Sequence record: PQ066597.1
DNA: 64,000 nt
Strand: one strand, 5' to 3'
Position 1 is the first letter of the stretch, and each line of letters starts with the position of its first letter. The position numbers and the translations under genes are program-made. Below the pieces are notes generated by a model. The model was given only the letters and a program-made list of their open reading frames with translations. It did not search any database and was not told where the DNA came from. Shown piece after piece: positions 1-11,625 of the stretch.

Positions 1-91
1 TTAACGAAAGGAGTACGTCGTACTCCAAATCGGTTTCAAGAATGCGAGAACCTTTTACTCCCCATTTGGAAATTACTTCTTGTTTTTCCAT
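1..91 (-). CDS. 5' part of next prohead gene (gp68 core or gp21 protease), runs off window edge
   Basis: ATG at 89-91 with upstream AAGGAAAATAAA; open frame MEKQEVISKWGVKGSRILETDLEYDVLLSL; position downstream of gp67. Confidence 0.45.
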   Translation of the reverse strand, partial: MEKQEVISKWGVKGSRILETDLEYDVLLSL

Positions 92-119
92 TTTATTTTC
101 CTTATGGGGTTGTTAAAAA

Positions 120-275
120 TTATTCTTGTTCGTCTTCGAAGGGGGCTAAGGATGCTCCCATCTGAACCCGCATATCATGAGTTTTAGCGGCAATACGTGA
201 AAACATTTCAGTTTCGAATGCACCTTTAGCGGCAATAAGATCACCAGCTCGTGCTGCATTAATAAATTCTTCCAT
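120..275 (-). CDS. 67: prohead core protein gp67-like (51 aa, not in ORF track)
   Basis: Translated by hand MEEFINAARAGDLIAAKGAF...EDEQE; follows the portal gene; CTAAATA at 289-295 upstream. Confidence 0.75.
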   Translation of the reverse strand: MEEFINAARAGDLIAAKGAFETEMFSRIAAKTHDMRVQMGASLAPFEDEQE

Positions 276-300
276 CACTCTATACCTTTATTTAGTGTTG

Positions 301-1878
301 TTAAAAATCAGCGAGACCATCTTCTGGATTTGGTGGATTGAGAATTTCGGATTTCATTTCTTCCTCAATTTTCTTCGCCTCTTCTTCAATTTGTTTATCT
401 GTCATTTTCATTATGTCTTTCATAATTGTATTATGAGACATATATTTTCCGACAATGTTATTTTGAATGAGACTACTAACCACATCTACTCTACGTTGAA
501 GAATCTCAATATCTTTAAGTTCTTCATAATAAGAATCTTTGGCATATACAATCTTGATGTTATTCTTTTCTTCATCCCATTCTTCCTGACTCATAATACC
601 TTTTAGAATAAGGTTTGTAACAAGTGGGTCATAGAAAATTGGGTCAAATTGGCGCTGCATACCACGAACCAATTTAGAAAACAACAGCTCATCACGAGAT
701 ATTTCCCCACCATTTGAGAATGTAACACCACCAGATTCCATTGGGAGGCGACTAAGTGGTAATTTCATTGCTTCATATACTTTACGGTTGAACCAACGAA
801 CGTCGTCCATTTCACCAATAGACTGAGCACCCGGAAGAGTAGAAATCTCAGTAGAAGCCTTACCATCACGACGCATCAACCAGAAATCTTCTGTCATACT
901 TAGGTTATTGGCTGCTGTTTTAACCTTACCAGTTGAACTGTCATAGATAACCCGGTTTTTAAAACCTTGCATGACTTTGTTTACGTGTTCGGTTGCTTTT
1001 TTCGGTTGCATATTACCAACGTCAATATAAAAAATACGACGTTCTGGTGCGCGTGATACGCGATATATAACCAATGCATCCTCTAACATCTTCAAAATGT
1101 TAGCTGGCTTTATTGCAGCATGTAAATGCCCTATAATGGATCTACCATCACAAGATACTTTGCCACTATGAGCATAAACCATCGCATCGCGGGGAATAAC
1201 GATATGGTTTGTATTGGCTTGGTTTATATTATAAGTCGAACATTCAGTACCAGAATAAGTAAAATATTCACGATGACCTTTATAAATGCTATTACCACCT
1301 TCAACCTCTTTAAAGTTTTCTCTGTGATAATATACGGCTCGTGGGTCTAACAACCGAAGTTCTTTAATACCTTCTTTTTGGCGTTTCGGATCGATCATTT
1401 TATGGAAATAGATCCGACTATCAACATACCAACGGCGATATAATCTCTTACCTTCTTTTTCGAAGTTCAAAAGAGACAATATTTCTTCAAATTCTTCCTG
1501 AACCCGGTCTTTAATGGATTTATTCCATTTAGTTGCATCCAGATCCAATGAAACAGTATTCTTTTCGTCTTCTTGAACAATTGCATCGTTTACGATTTCA
1601 TCAATCGCATTATCAACTTCGTGATAATTTGTTAGAGCGCGATATTGATCTATAAGTTGACGAGTTGAATTAATTTTTTGTTCAGTACCATATGCATAAG
1701 CTTGATATGCACGACTGGGTGCTGATGTATCGGTTCTATCAATAGAATTTGCACCATCGGGATTGTCTGGTGCGGAGAAACTATCAATACCCGATTTGAG
1801 TTCTATATCTAGTTCCTTATCGTCATCTTTCGCCCACGGACGAAGAAAACTTGGAACAGTAAAACGACCATTGAACAT
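301..1878 (-). CDS. 20: portal vertex protein gp20
   Basis: Motifs RRWYVDSRIYFHK, EDALVIYRVSRAPERRIFYIDVGN, EDFWLMRRDGK, ISRDELLFSK. Confidence 0.97.
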   Translation of the reverse strand: MFNGRFTVPSFLRPWAKDDDKELDIELKSGIDSFSAPDNPDGANSIDRTDTSAPSRAYQAYAYGTEQKINSTRQLIDQYRALTNYHEVDNAIDEIVNDAIVQEDEKNTVSLDLDATKWNKSIKDRVQEEFEEILSLLNFEKEGKRLYRRWYVDSRIYFHKMIDPKRQKEGIKELRLLDPRAVYYHRENFKEVEGGNSIYKGHREYFTYSGTECSTYNINQANTNHIVIPRDAMVYAHSGKVSCDGRSIIGHLHAAIKPANILKMLEDALVIYRVSRAPERRIFYIDVGNMQPKKATEHVNKVMQGFKNRVIYDSSTGKVKTAANNLSMTEDFWLMRRDGKASTEISTLPGAQSIGEMDDVRWFNRKVYEAMKLPLSRLPMESGGVTFSNGGEISRDELLFSKLVRGMQRQFDPIFYDPLVTNLILKGIMSQEEWDEEKNNIKIVYAKDSYYEELKDIEILQRRVDVVSSLIQNNIVGKYMSHNTIMKDIMKMTDKQIEEEAKKIEEEMKSEILNPPNPEDGLADF

Positions 1879-1959
1879 ATGAGTAATCCTTTTATTTTAT
1901 CTATATTTATTTAGGGCAATAAAATTAAAAGGATATGGGGTATTTCTACCCCAATCATT

Positions 1960-2448
1960 TTATTCCCACCAGTCCAAAGCCATAATAACTTCAAACATTT
2001 CAACCTCAGACCCAGTATCCCAGTCCAAAGCAAGTTCGGAAATTTGGGTAGGCCAAGTACCATAAACTGTATAAGAACGAGTGCGCTTACCAGTACGGTC
2101 GAGTTGATGTACGGTTGCTTCCTTCTTATACACGGTTGGAACTTCACCATTGATATTACGACCAAGGGATTGAGCTATATTTTGCCACTCAATAAATTGT
2201 TGACGTGTGTTGTGTTCGGTGTCATTATAGACTGTGAGTGTCCAGTCATCGAATGTACGGTCACCAGCCAGTTTGAGCTTTTTATTCTGATAACCCAGAA
2301 TTACGGGTTCTACAGTTGCACCCGGCATAGAAGCAGCTTTACATTTAAATGAAAAGTCTTGCCCCATGAAAGGAATTTCAATCTCAAACAGGTTAGGGCG
2401 AGCCAGATCACCGTTAGAAAACGCACGGCTTACATCAGTAAGATCCAT
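1960..2448 (-). CDS. 19: tail tube protein gp19
   Basis: DLARPNLFEIEIP, KLAGDRTFDDWTLTVYND; ends LDWWE. Confidence 0.97.
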   Translation of the reverse strand: MDLTDVSRAFSNGDLARPNLFEIEIPFMGQDFSFKCKAASMPGATVEPVILGYQNKKLKLAGDRTFDDWTLTVYNDTEHNTRQQFIEWQNIAQSLGRNINGEVPTVYKKEATVHQLDRTGKRTRSYTVYGTWPTQISELALDWDTGSEVEMFEVIMALDWWE

Positions 2449-2516
2449 TTTAAACCTCTTTGTATTCTTTAATTATTTAGGGTGGTTAAAATGGGGGATA
2501 AATATCCCCCACTCTA

Positions 2517-4553
2517 TTAGTTTTGTGGACCAACCAACTCATCGAAGTTAGCGGAAGTTCCCACGGCGGAGAAGTTCAGGCTAACATAGTTGATAGACCG
2601 TGCTGGTTTGATTAGAATAGTTGCAACAAACTCGTTACGGTCAATAACCGCTGGGGTGTTGTTTGTCTCATCACACACGACACGGAAATCATAGATACCA
2701 CCAAGAGACTTGATAGAATCTAGGTAGGAATTGACCTCACTGCGGAAAGAGTTACGAGTGAACGCATCGTTATTCTCAAACAGCTTATATTTCGCACTTT
2801 CAGAGATAGACTTCTTCAACAGGTTGAACAAACGACGGACGTTGATCCGATCGAATGGGGTTGGTTGAAGACTCATAGTCTTATCACCATACAGAATGAA
2901 ACCTTGACCGGGGAATCCAACTACTGGGTTCATACTGTTTTGATATAGCTCATCACGATGTGCTTGACGAGTCTCGATAGCCAGCTTACGAACGTCTAGG
3001 ATCTGACCACGGTTAAAACCAGCCGGAGACATCCATGGTTGGGCTACTGTGTCTGTACGAGCACACAAACCAGCCATATCAGCAGACAGCGGGATCCAAC
3101 GGTTGGTGTCGTTGTATTTGTCATATTGCAGCTTGTAGTTTGCAGATGTAGAACTGTAGGTGGTTCCTATGTTCATGTTATCATCAACCACAACACCCGA
3201 ATCGGTAACACCACGACGCCATTCAACCATCTTCTTAACAGAAGTTGCTACAGGTAGGTTTACCATGTATTCGCGGGGTGGGCTAATCCAGCCAAGGCAA
3301 TCCTGACGCTCGTCACAGATCGCAGCAACGGATTTCTGTACAGTTGATGCAATTTCCACACCTTCACCAGCACAAGAACCGGCAATAAACAGGTTTACAT
3401 CTACGTGCTCACGGTCGGAGAACATATCCCAACCTTCGATCCAATCACCGGCAGAAGCAGTCGAGTTACCACTATTACCGCCACCGAATGTAAGGATTCC
3501 GGAATATTCAGTAGGCCACGACTCAGCAACACCTTGAATAAAGGTGGAATATCCATTAATGAAGAATTCATCAACATAGATACTGGAACCGTATATATCG
3601 CGGTCATTCTCTTTTACTGACAGAACACGAGATTCAACAGCAGAACCACCAACAAAAACAATCATTGCGAACTGGTCTTTTGTTTGTGGACCATATTCCA
3701 AATAAGAGCTTGGGGTGATATTACCAAAACTCAAACCACTTGGGAAAGTTTTCAGGTTTACTGTATTAACAGAAGAAATCTTACCATCAACACCAAACTT
3801 GTAATAATCTTTGTACGCAATAAATGCGACTTGGATATTATCACCGGTCAGACCGGCATAACGAGAAGCAACAACCGGAATACCATAGGATTCACACATA
3901 TCGATGTATGTTTCGGTCGTTTCGTCTCTACGAAGCAGGGATTCACGGGAATATTCATCATTACGGATATAAATCTTACTATCTTGACGAATACCATTCA
4001 GTACAGCCGTTGCAGATTGACCACTACCGGGACCACCAGAGGTAAATTGGATCTGCCATCCATTTTGAAGGGCTGGGTAATCGTTAAGTTCTTTTGCCTT
4101 TTTGACTACTTCGGCAGTAGAGAATCTAACGAAGGTAATACCACCAACGGAGTTAAGTGCGGACACTTTACCAGTGGTGATAGTTGCACCATTTTGGAGA
4201 ATTTTAACATCGTCACCAATACGATAATCAACACCCGGAGATGTAATAGTATAATCAATTGTTTCAAAAAACGGACTAGAGTTACGTGCTGTATCTTCAT
4301 CAAGAATACGGACGGTACGAAGATCGTTACCATATTTCAGGAAGTTGATCGCACTGAGAACGCTATCAGCAGTTTGATTATCAGGACGACCGAAACGGTC
4401 GATAAGATCGGTCTCGGAAACTAGTTGAGAAATTTGATATGCAGGACCCCACTGGAATTTACCAGCTAGAGCCGCCCGTCCAGTAGATGAACGGGCAATA
4501 GTAGTTTGCATATTATTCTCTTTAGCTTCTACACCCGGAGAAAGTAATGCCAT
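2517..4553 (-). CDS. 18: tail sheath protein gp18
   Basis: MALLSPGVEAKE start, AGKFQWGP, YKLQYDKYND, WMSPAGFNRG, FDRINVRRLF. Confidence 0.97.
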   Translation of the reverse strand: MALLSPGVEAKENNMQTTIARSSTGRAALAGKFQWGPAYQISQLVSETDLIDRFGRPDNQTADSVLSAINFLKYGNDLRTVRILDEDTARNSSPFFETIDYTITSPGVDYRIGDDVKILQNGATITTGKVSALNSVGGITFVRFSTAEVVKKAKELNDYPALQNGWQIQFTSGGPGSGQSATAVLNGIRQDSKIYIRNDEYSRESLLRRDETTETYIDMCESYGIPVVASRYAGLTGDNIQVAFIAYKDYYKFGVDGKISSVNTVNLKTFPSGLSFGNITPSSYLEYGPQTKDQFAMIVFVGGSAVESRVLSVKENDRDIYGSSIYVDEFFINGYSTFIQGVAESWPTEYSGILTFGGGNSGNSTASAGDWIEGWDMFSDREHVDVNLFIAGSCAGEGVEIASTVQKSVAAICDERQDCLGWISPPREYMVNLPVATSVKKMVEWRRGVTDSGVVVDDNMNIGTTYSSTSANYKLQYDKYNDTNRWIPLSADMAGLCARTDTVAQPWMSPAGFNRGQILDVRKLAIETRQAHRDELYQNSMNPVVGFPGQGFILYGDKTMSLQPTPFDRINVRRLFNLLKKSISESAKYKLFENNDAFTRNSFRSEVNSYLDSIKSLGGIYDFRVVCDETNNTPAVIDRNEFVATILIKPARSINYVSLNFSAVGTSANFDELVGPQN

Positions 4554-4566
4554 TTTTATTTTCCTT

Positions 4567-6489
<1,923 letters not shown>

Positions 6490-6795
6490 TTATCCCTCAA
6501 AAACATACCTATAGAATGAACCTCTGGGGATATCTAACACATTAGTAAATTTGATAACCGAGTTTCCGATGATATATTTGTCACCAGAAACATCATATCC
6601 TAATTTAGAAAATATATAGGTGTATAATTCTCTAACCAGTGGATAATTAACAACTTGAACTCTAACACCATTTCTGTGTGTTAGAATATCCCACGATGTA
6701 CTAATTAGATAGTCATTAAATTCCGTTCTATCTAGGTCAATATAAGCCCTTAGATGTTCTTCTGTTTTTATATGTTCTCGCCAATTAATTTGCAT
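6490..6795 (-). CDS. hypothetical protein inserted between terS and terL
   Basis: ORF track 6490-6828; ATG at 6793-6795 overlapping the gp16 end is the likelier start. Confidence 0.6.
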   Translation of the reverse strand: MQINWREHIKTEEHLRAYIDLDRTEFNDYLISTSWDILTHRNGVRVQVVNYPLVRELYTYIFSKLGYDVSGDKYIIGNSVIKFTNVLDIPRGSFYRYVFEG

Positions 6796-7297
6796 TTTTA
6801 ACCTCTTCTGATTCACCATCAATAACAAGAGATTGAGCCTGTGTTTGGGTTCCTTCTCTTAGCATTAGTTCAGCAGGGGTTCCCATAAAAACAGTAGCGT
6901 TTTCAATATTCATACTCGGGCTAGGAGTTTCTGGTTTATTTCCACCAGTTTTTGTTTTCTCGGCTGTAATTGCGTCCATTTCTTTATGGAGCTTAAGAAT
7001 TTCCTTTGTATTAGCAGTCCACGTTCCCATTAACTGAGTGAACGCATTAACTTGGTTTGGACTCTCTGAATTCTTTGCATTCTCCAATGCAATTGCCGCC
7101 ATAGCCATAATCATTTGTTGTTGTTGGTTTAATGCTTGTCTAGCCAAACTGTAATCGTCTGATAGGTCTTTTGCTCTATCTAACGGGTTGGATTCCACCG
7201 GAAGTAATACAGTTGGTTCATACACAACAACTTCGCCACCATCAAATCCGGGCAACCCAGACACATCAAGTAGACTTTTCATATCTAATTCACTCAT
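6785..7297 (-). CDS. 16: terminase small subunit gp16
   Basis: DYSLARQALNQQQQM, ALENAKNSESP, ATVFMGTPAELM; position. Confidence 0.9.
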   Translation of the reverse strand: MSELDMKSLLDVSGLPGFDGGEVVVYEPTVLLPVESNPLDRAKDLSDDYSLARQALNQQQQMIMAMAAIALENAKNSESPNQVNAFTQLMGTWTANTKEILKLHKEMDAITAEKTKTGGNKPETPSPSMNIENATVFMGTPAELMLREGTQTQAQSLVIDGESEEVKNAN

Positions 7298-7298
7298 T

Positions 7299-8111
7299 TT
7301 AATTCTCTCTTGGTTTTGATGGTTCTGGATCTACGGGGATTGGTACTCCAGCAGAGCAAGTTTCTATATAATCCCCATTCCATGTATTTGGTGTGGAATC
7401 AAAAGGAACCACTTGCGCGTCAACGGATTCATAAGCTTCAACCGGGAGTCTTTTCATATTCCCAAAGAAATCAAGATATGTTGTTTTGATCTCACCCTTA
7501 AGGTCTGCAAAGTTTGCATACATCCATCCATCTAGTTCAAAGAATAAGGTCCATTCTAGACGACGACGTTCTCCCCGGTCTCCTTCTAATTCTTCTGACA
7601 TAGAAACAGATTGAATTGTTATCTGAATATCTCTATTGACGGGGGTTTTACCGTCATGAAGTTCAACAATTTTGCATGGGAAGTTAGGTTGGAAATATGG
7701 TAGAATTTGCTCTACGATGGTATGCATATCAGTTTCATATCTGGTATGAATAGAAACCTCAAAAGTAAATTTCCAAGGTACTGGGTTGAAAATATTATAT
7801 GACTTATTGTTTTGGTCAGATGCTTGTCTTCCCTGCATACCTGTTTTATACTGGGAGTTATACATCATATCCACCATATGGATATTTATTCTAGGGAGAA
7901 TGGTTTCACCACGAGCCATTTCACCATCATAATTGTTGCTAAACGCATTGTTAAGCTTTATGATAAATCGCTCTTTTGATGCGTTTGTAATTGGTACTTT
8001 ATTATAAAACTTTTGGTCTCCCCGTGTACGTTCTACTTGTACACCGCTAAGGAGGTCCATTAGCAAAACCGTATATCTACGCATTGAGCTATTATAGAAA
8101 TATCCAAACAT
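7299..8111 (-). CDS. 15: tail sheath terminator gp15
   Basis: MFGYFYNSSMRRY, KVPITNASKERF, EQILPYFQP. Confidence 0.95.
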   Translation of the reverse strand: MFGYFYNSSMRRYTVLLMDLLSGVQVERTRGDQKFYNKVPITNASKERFIIKLNNAFSNNYDGEMARGETILPRINIHMVDMMYNSQYKTGMQGRQASDQNNKSYNIFNPVPWKFTFEVSIHTRYETDMHTIVEQILPYFQPNFPCKIVELHDGKTPVNRDIQITIQSVSMSEELEGDRGERRRLEWTLFFELDGWMYANFADLKGEIKTTYLDFFGNMKRLPVEAYESVDAQVVPFDSTPNTWNGDYIETCSAGVPIPVDPEPSKPREN

Positions 8112-8173
8112 AATTTACACTCCATATGTATTTATTGTATTTAGGGAAGCGGGGTTTCCCCCGCCTTTATATT

Positions 8174-8965
8174 TTATCTAAAGTCAAGATCACTGAATGG
8201 GTCTTTATTAGTTTGACCATTAACAAATGGTTGATATGGAGCTTCTGCAACCGGGGCACCAGTACCAATTAACACATCAAATTCTTCTACAAAATCATCT
8301 GCTTCGTCAGAAACAAAATCATCTTCTTCATATTCAAGAATCGATGTATCAACTCTTTTATCGAGTTTACGAACTGGGTCGAGTGCCGGATTCATAATAT
8401 AATCAGACGGACTAAACTCCGGTTGAATCTCTTCACCAGAATATATGAATTTCTGCGCTGTAATTTTATACAGTGTTTCTTGTCCATTTTGATAGAATGG
8501 GTTATTTGGTTCGACCCAAGTTACTTCGAAAATGGCATTATTCATAGGGAAATATATTAGGTCTCCCTCCCTTGCTTTCTCTCCATCCCCTTGTCTATTA
8601 AACAGTTCTGGGGATACAGAGAATTCAGCCTCATCATTTACACTCATACCAAATTTTGAGAAAAATTCCTGACGTCCCTGATACCCTTCAAAGTTTTCCA
8701 AATACATAGCAACCCGGAAAGCGTTGTTGAATTTGGATTGCATATCTTCCCCGTACAAAAGGTCAAGTTTCACCAGTTCCCTTCGAATATAGAAAACCTC
8801 AATTCCTTTCATTTGGATTGCTTCTGACATTAAATGTCTAGCAAATGCTTGTGTATAGCCATGACCATAATTATTAACATGAGGATTCAATACTTCTTTC
8901 TTATTAGTTGAATCCTCATATCCGGAACCATCTTCTAGTCTGGCAAATAGATTAGAATCGTACAT
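8174..8965 (-). CDS. 14: neck protein gp14
   Basis: EAIQMKGIEVFYI, FFSKFGMSVNDE, EGDLIYFPMNNAIFEVTWVE. Confidence 0.95.
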   Translation of the reverse strand: MYDSNLFARLEDGSGYEDSTNKKEVLNPHVNNYGHGYTQAFARHLMSEAIQMKGIEVFYIRRELVKLDLLYGEDMQSKFNNAFRVAMYLENFEGYQGRQEFFSKFGMSVNDEAEFSVSPELFNRQGDGEKAREGDLIYFPMNNAIFEVTWVEPNNPFYQNGQETLYKITAQKFIYSGEEIQPEFSPSDYIMNPALDPVRKLDKRVDTSILEYEEDDFVSDEADDFVEEFDVLIGTGAPVAEAPYQPFVNGQTNKDPFSDLDFR

Positions 8966-8968
8966 ATA

Positions 8969-9889
8969 TTACCCCATAATAATTGGATCTGGACCAGCCA
9001 ACAGAAGCAATTCCTCTCGAAGGGTCTCAATTTCTTGTTTGGCTTCTTGGATTAGTCTAGTTCCGTCAACAGTTACTCCACCGGGGAGTTGCATCCCTTG
9101 GTGTTTAGCCATTATATTCCCCCAAACCTCTTTAACGAGCGCTGTGGACATATCTTTAACCCACCTGTTGTTATATACCTTCTGGTCTGGGAAATCGTTC
9201 CTTGCGCTTCCTATGACGCTTTGGGGGAGTTTCTTGTATGGGTTAGACCATTTATTTTCTAAATCTGATGCAGGTACACCGTGACCTATTGGTAAAGCAC
9301 TACCTATATCGTTAAATGCATATTCGTCAAGGTCTACGAAGTTTTGAACATATGCTTCAATAACCATCACATCACCTTTTTTGAGGTTGTTGTGTGTGAT
9401 CTGTAGAATCCCAGATTTGGTATCAAAATCATAATCCGGTAGTGGATTTAATTGGTCTTGTAGGAGTTTCTGATAGGAACTAAATGCAGCAAAATATCCA
9501 ACGGAACCGATTGTCCCAAAAGGCCCATGGTAGCAAGAACCAACGCCACTCGTTGCTAACCCAGTAATGAAACTAGCAAACCAGTTTAGAGGAACACCAC
9601 CACCCAACAGAGTCATATTACCGACCATACTACGCAGAATTCTAGTTACTGCGAATACTGGGTATTCACTCAAATCGATATACCCGGTCATGGCTTGTTC
9701 TTCGGTTAGAATACAGGTTATAAAGGCCCGGTTTAGTGCATCATGGTGGTAATCTTTATAAAGTTCAAGAGCCCGCCCGATACTGTCATAGATCTGAGTT
9801 TCTGTAACCTCAATATTTATAATTGGAGCACCTAACCGACGAAGAATATTATCTTTTAGTTCTTTAGGGTTATTACAGGTATTATACAT
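8969..9889 (-). CDS. 13: neck protein gp13
   Basis: LKDNILRRLGAPIINIEVT, YNNRWVKD, GMQLPGGVTVDG. Confidence 0.95.
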   Translation of the reverse strand: MYNTCNNPKELKDNILRRLGAPIINIEVTETQIYDSIGRALELYKDYHHDALNRAFITCILTEEQAMTGYIDLSEYPVFAVTRILRSMVGNMTLLGGGVPLNWFASFITGLATSGVGSCYHGPFGTIGSVGYFAAFSSYQKLLQDQLNPLPDYDFDTKSGILQITHNNLKKGDVMVIEAYVQNFVDLDEYAFNDIGSALPIGHGVPASDLENKWSNPYKKLPQSVIGSARNDFPDQKVYNNRWVKDMSTALVKEVWGNIMAKHQGMQLPGGVTVDGTRLIQEAKQEIETLREELLLLAGPDPIIMG

Positions 9890-9926
9890 TTTATCTTCCT
9901 TTAATAGTTTACAATGGTATTTAGAG

Positions 9927-9960
9927 AAAAGCCCCGAACGAATAAACGAACGGGGCTTTT
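9927..9960 (-). terminator. intrinsic terminator (bidirectional-type)
   Basis: AAAAGCCCCG...CGGGGCTTTT inverted repeat. Confidence 0.75.
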
Positions 9961-9962
9961 AA

Positions 9963-10106
9963 TTATTGTTCTTTATTTTTGTTAGCCTCTTTATCTTCTT
10001 CATTCTGCTTCTGTTTTTTGGTGATTGCTTCCGCCGCCACCTTAAGCAACTGAGTTAGAATTTCGAGACCTATTGTCCTAAAGAATAAAAGTACAGCGGT
10101 TTGCAT
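9963..10106 (-). CDS. 47-aa small protein, hydrophobic N-terminus and charged C-terminus (not in ORF track)
   Basis: MQTAVLLFFRTIGLEILTQLLKVAAEAITKKQKQNEEDKEANKNKEQ; SD AAGGGG upstream; fills the gap before the terminator. Confidence 0.7.
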   Translation of the reverse strand: MQTAVLLFFRTIGLEILTQLLKVAAEAITKKQKQNEEDKEANKNKEQ

Positions 10107-10117
10107 TTTAATGCCCC

Positions 10118-11614
10118 TTAAGATATTTGGATCCTAGTTGAGCGAGTGGTTACTTGACCATAACTGTTCTTATAAATGGCGTAATAGAAAATTGATGTGT
10201 CTAGAGTTGGGGTAACCTCTATCTCTAGATTTTTAGAATTACCTACTTCAACACCCCTTGAGGTTTTCCATTGAACTGTGGAAAATCTATCACAATCCGA
10301 TTCTATCACGACCGTATCACCAACTTGCGCGTTATATATAACTTGTGGTTGTTTCGTTATTTTAGGCGCAACCGTACTCCACCAAATTGTATCACCGACG
10401 ATATCAAGAACCAGTTTTCCATCAGTAGATACCAATTTTCCATTACCTTGATTTGAAATATTAAATAGATGACTGTTTCCATCCATGTAAATTTCAAATT
10501 GTTCAATGGTGATGTTATTACTATTTAGCCCGAATACAGTATTAAGCCCTGTATCAAGACTAAGATATGGGTCTGTTATTCTTGCGTATACTTCACCGTT
10601 TACATACAACCTTATGTTTTGGGCAAATCCGTTAGATACATCAAACCAAACAGATACACCAATACTGTTATTTCTTGGTAATGGTCTTTTCAACGGTTTG
10701 GTATGATAAGCACCATCGGGAGTTTTAACCCAGAATGTGTTAGTTTCTAGATTTATACCCATACCAGTAGAAATACCACCAACGTTTTTTGAAGCTATCA
10801 CTAGTTCTGTGGCGATATCACCAATAACAAGGCCACCAGAAACTTTATGTGTCTTGTTCGCAACCATCAAAGAACCAGTGGTAGAGAATCCAGCGTCTCT
10901 ATTTAAAATAATTGCTTCGTTGGTTAAAACGTGGGGGGTTGGTTGATAATCAATCAGGATATTTGTATTTGTAACCATAGGTGAATCAAAAGAGAAATCA
11001 CCATTTGTGTTATATCTAACTCCAACACCAAAGTTAAATTGTATTAGACAGTCTTTCTTTGCGGTGAAAGTAGAGTATATACGGGTTCTCTCATCACCAA
11101 TTAATGGATTATTATCAAATTTAGTTTTAAATGTTAGATAATTATCAATGGGATCACCATTGTCCATGTATATATCAGCAAGTACACCACTATGAACCAA
11201 CGTAAGATCGTTGTTTTTAACCATAACGCTTGCGGTATAAGTTTTTCCAGCCTTTAACGAAATACGGGTTTGGAAGAACATTCGACTATCAATAGTTCTG
11301 AATGTATATCCTTTTGTATTTTCATTGTCTTGGTTGAAGCTTATAGCAAAAGCATTATTTCCCGTATTTGTCGAGTTATTATAAACGGTATAGCAGGGTG
11401 GAACGTTTCCAATAACAACCCCGTCAGAATAACAAAAAATATCAGTACCATTCAACATTCGACTATTTGCTAATAGGTTTTCGTCGCCAAGGTCATAAGC
11501 TCTATGCCATGCCCCATTAGAAAAAACCCACGGTACGGACCTATGCCAGTTATTTTTATAAATGGATGGGATGGTGTCATGCACCACCCCATTTTTATAC
11601 ACTTTGTTAGCCAT
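10118..11614 (-). CDS. putative virion adhesin/whisker-associated protein with lectin-like and C-terminal Ig-like domains
   Basis: Co-transcribed after wac; C-terminal PKITKQPQ...QWK...YYAIYKNSYGQV Ig-like pattern; beta-rich middle. Confidence 0.55.
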   Translation of the reverse strand: MANKVYKNGVVHDTIPSIYKNNWHRSVPWVFSNGAWHRAYDLGDENLLANSRMLNGTDIFCYSDGVVIGNVPPCYTVYNNSTNTGNNAFAISFNQDNENTKGYTFRTIDSRMFFQTRISLKAGKTYTASVMVKNNDLTLVHSGVLADIYMDNGDPIDNYLTFKTKFDNNPLIGDERTRIYSTFTAKKDCLIQFNFGVGVRYNTNGDFSFDSPMVTNTNILIDYQPTPHVLTNEAIILNRDAGFSTTGSLMVANKTHKVSGGLVIGDIATELVIASKNVGGISTGMGINLETNTFWVKTPDGAYHTKPLKRPLPRNNSIGVSVWFDVSNGFAQNIRLYVNGEVYARITDPYLSLDTGLNTVFGLNSNNITIEQFEIYMDGNSHLFNISNQGNGKLVSTDGKLVLDIVGDTIWWSTVAPKITKQPQVIYNAQVGDTVVIESDCDRFSTVQWKTSRGVEVGNSKNLEIEVTPTLDTSIFYYAIYKNSYGQVTTRSTRIQIS

Positions 11615-11625
11615 CGTAAACCCTT

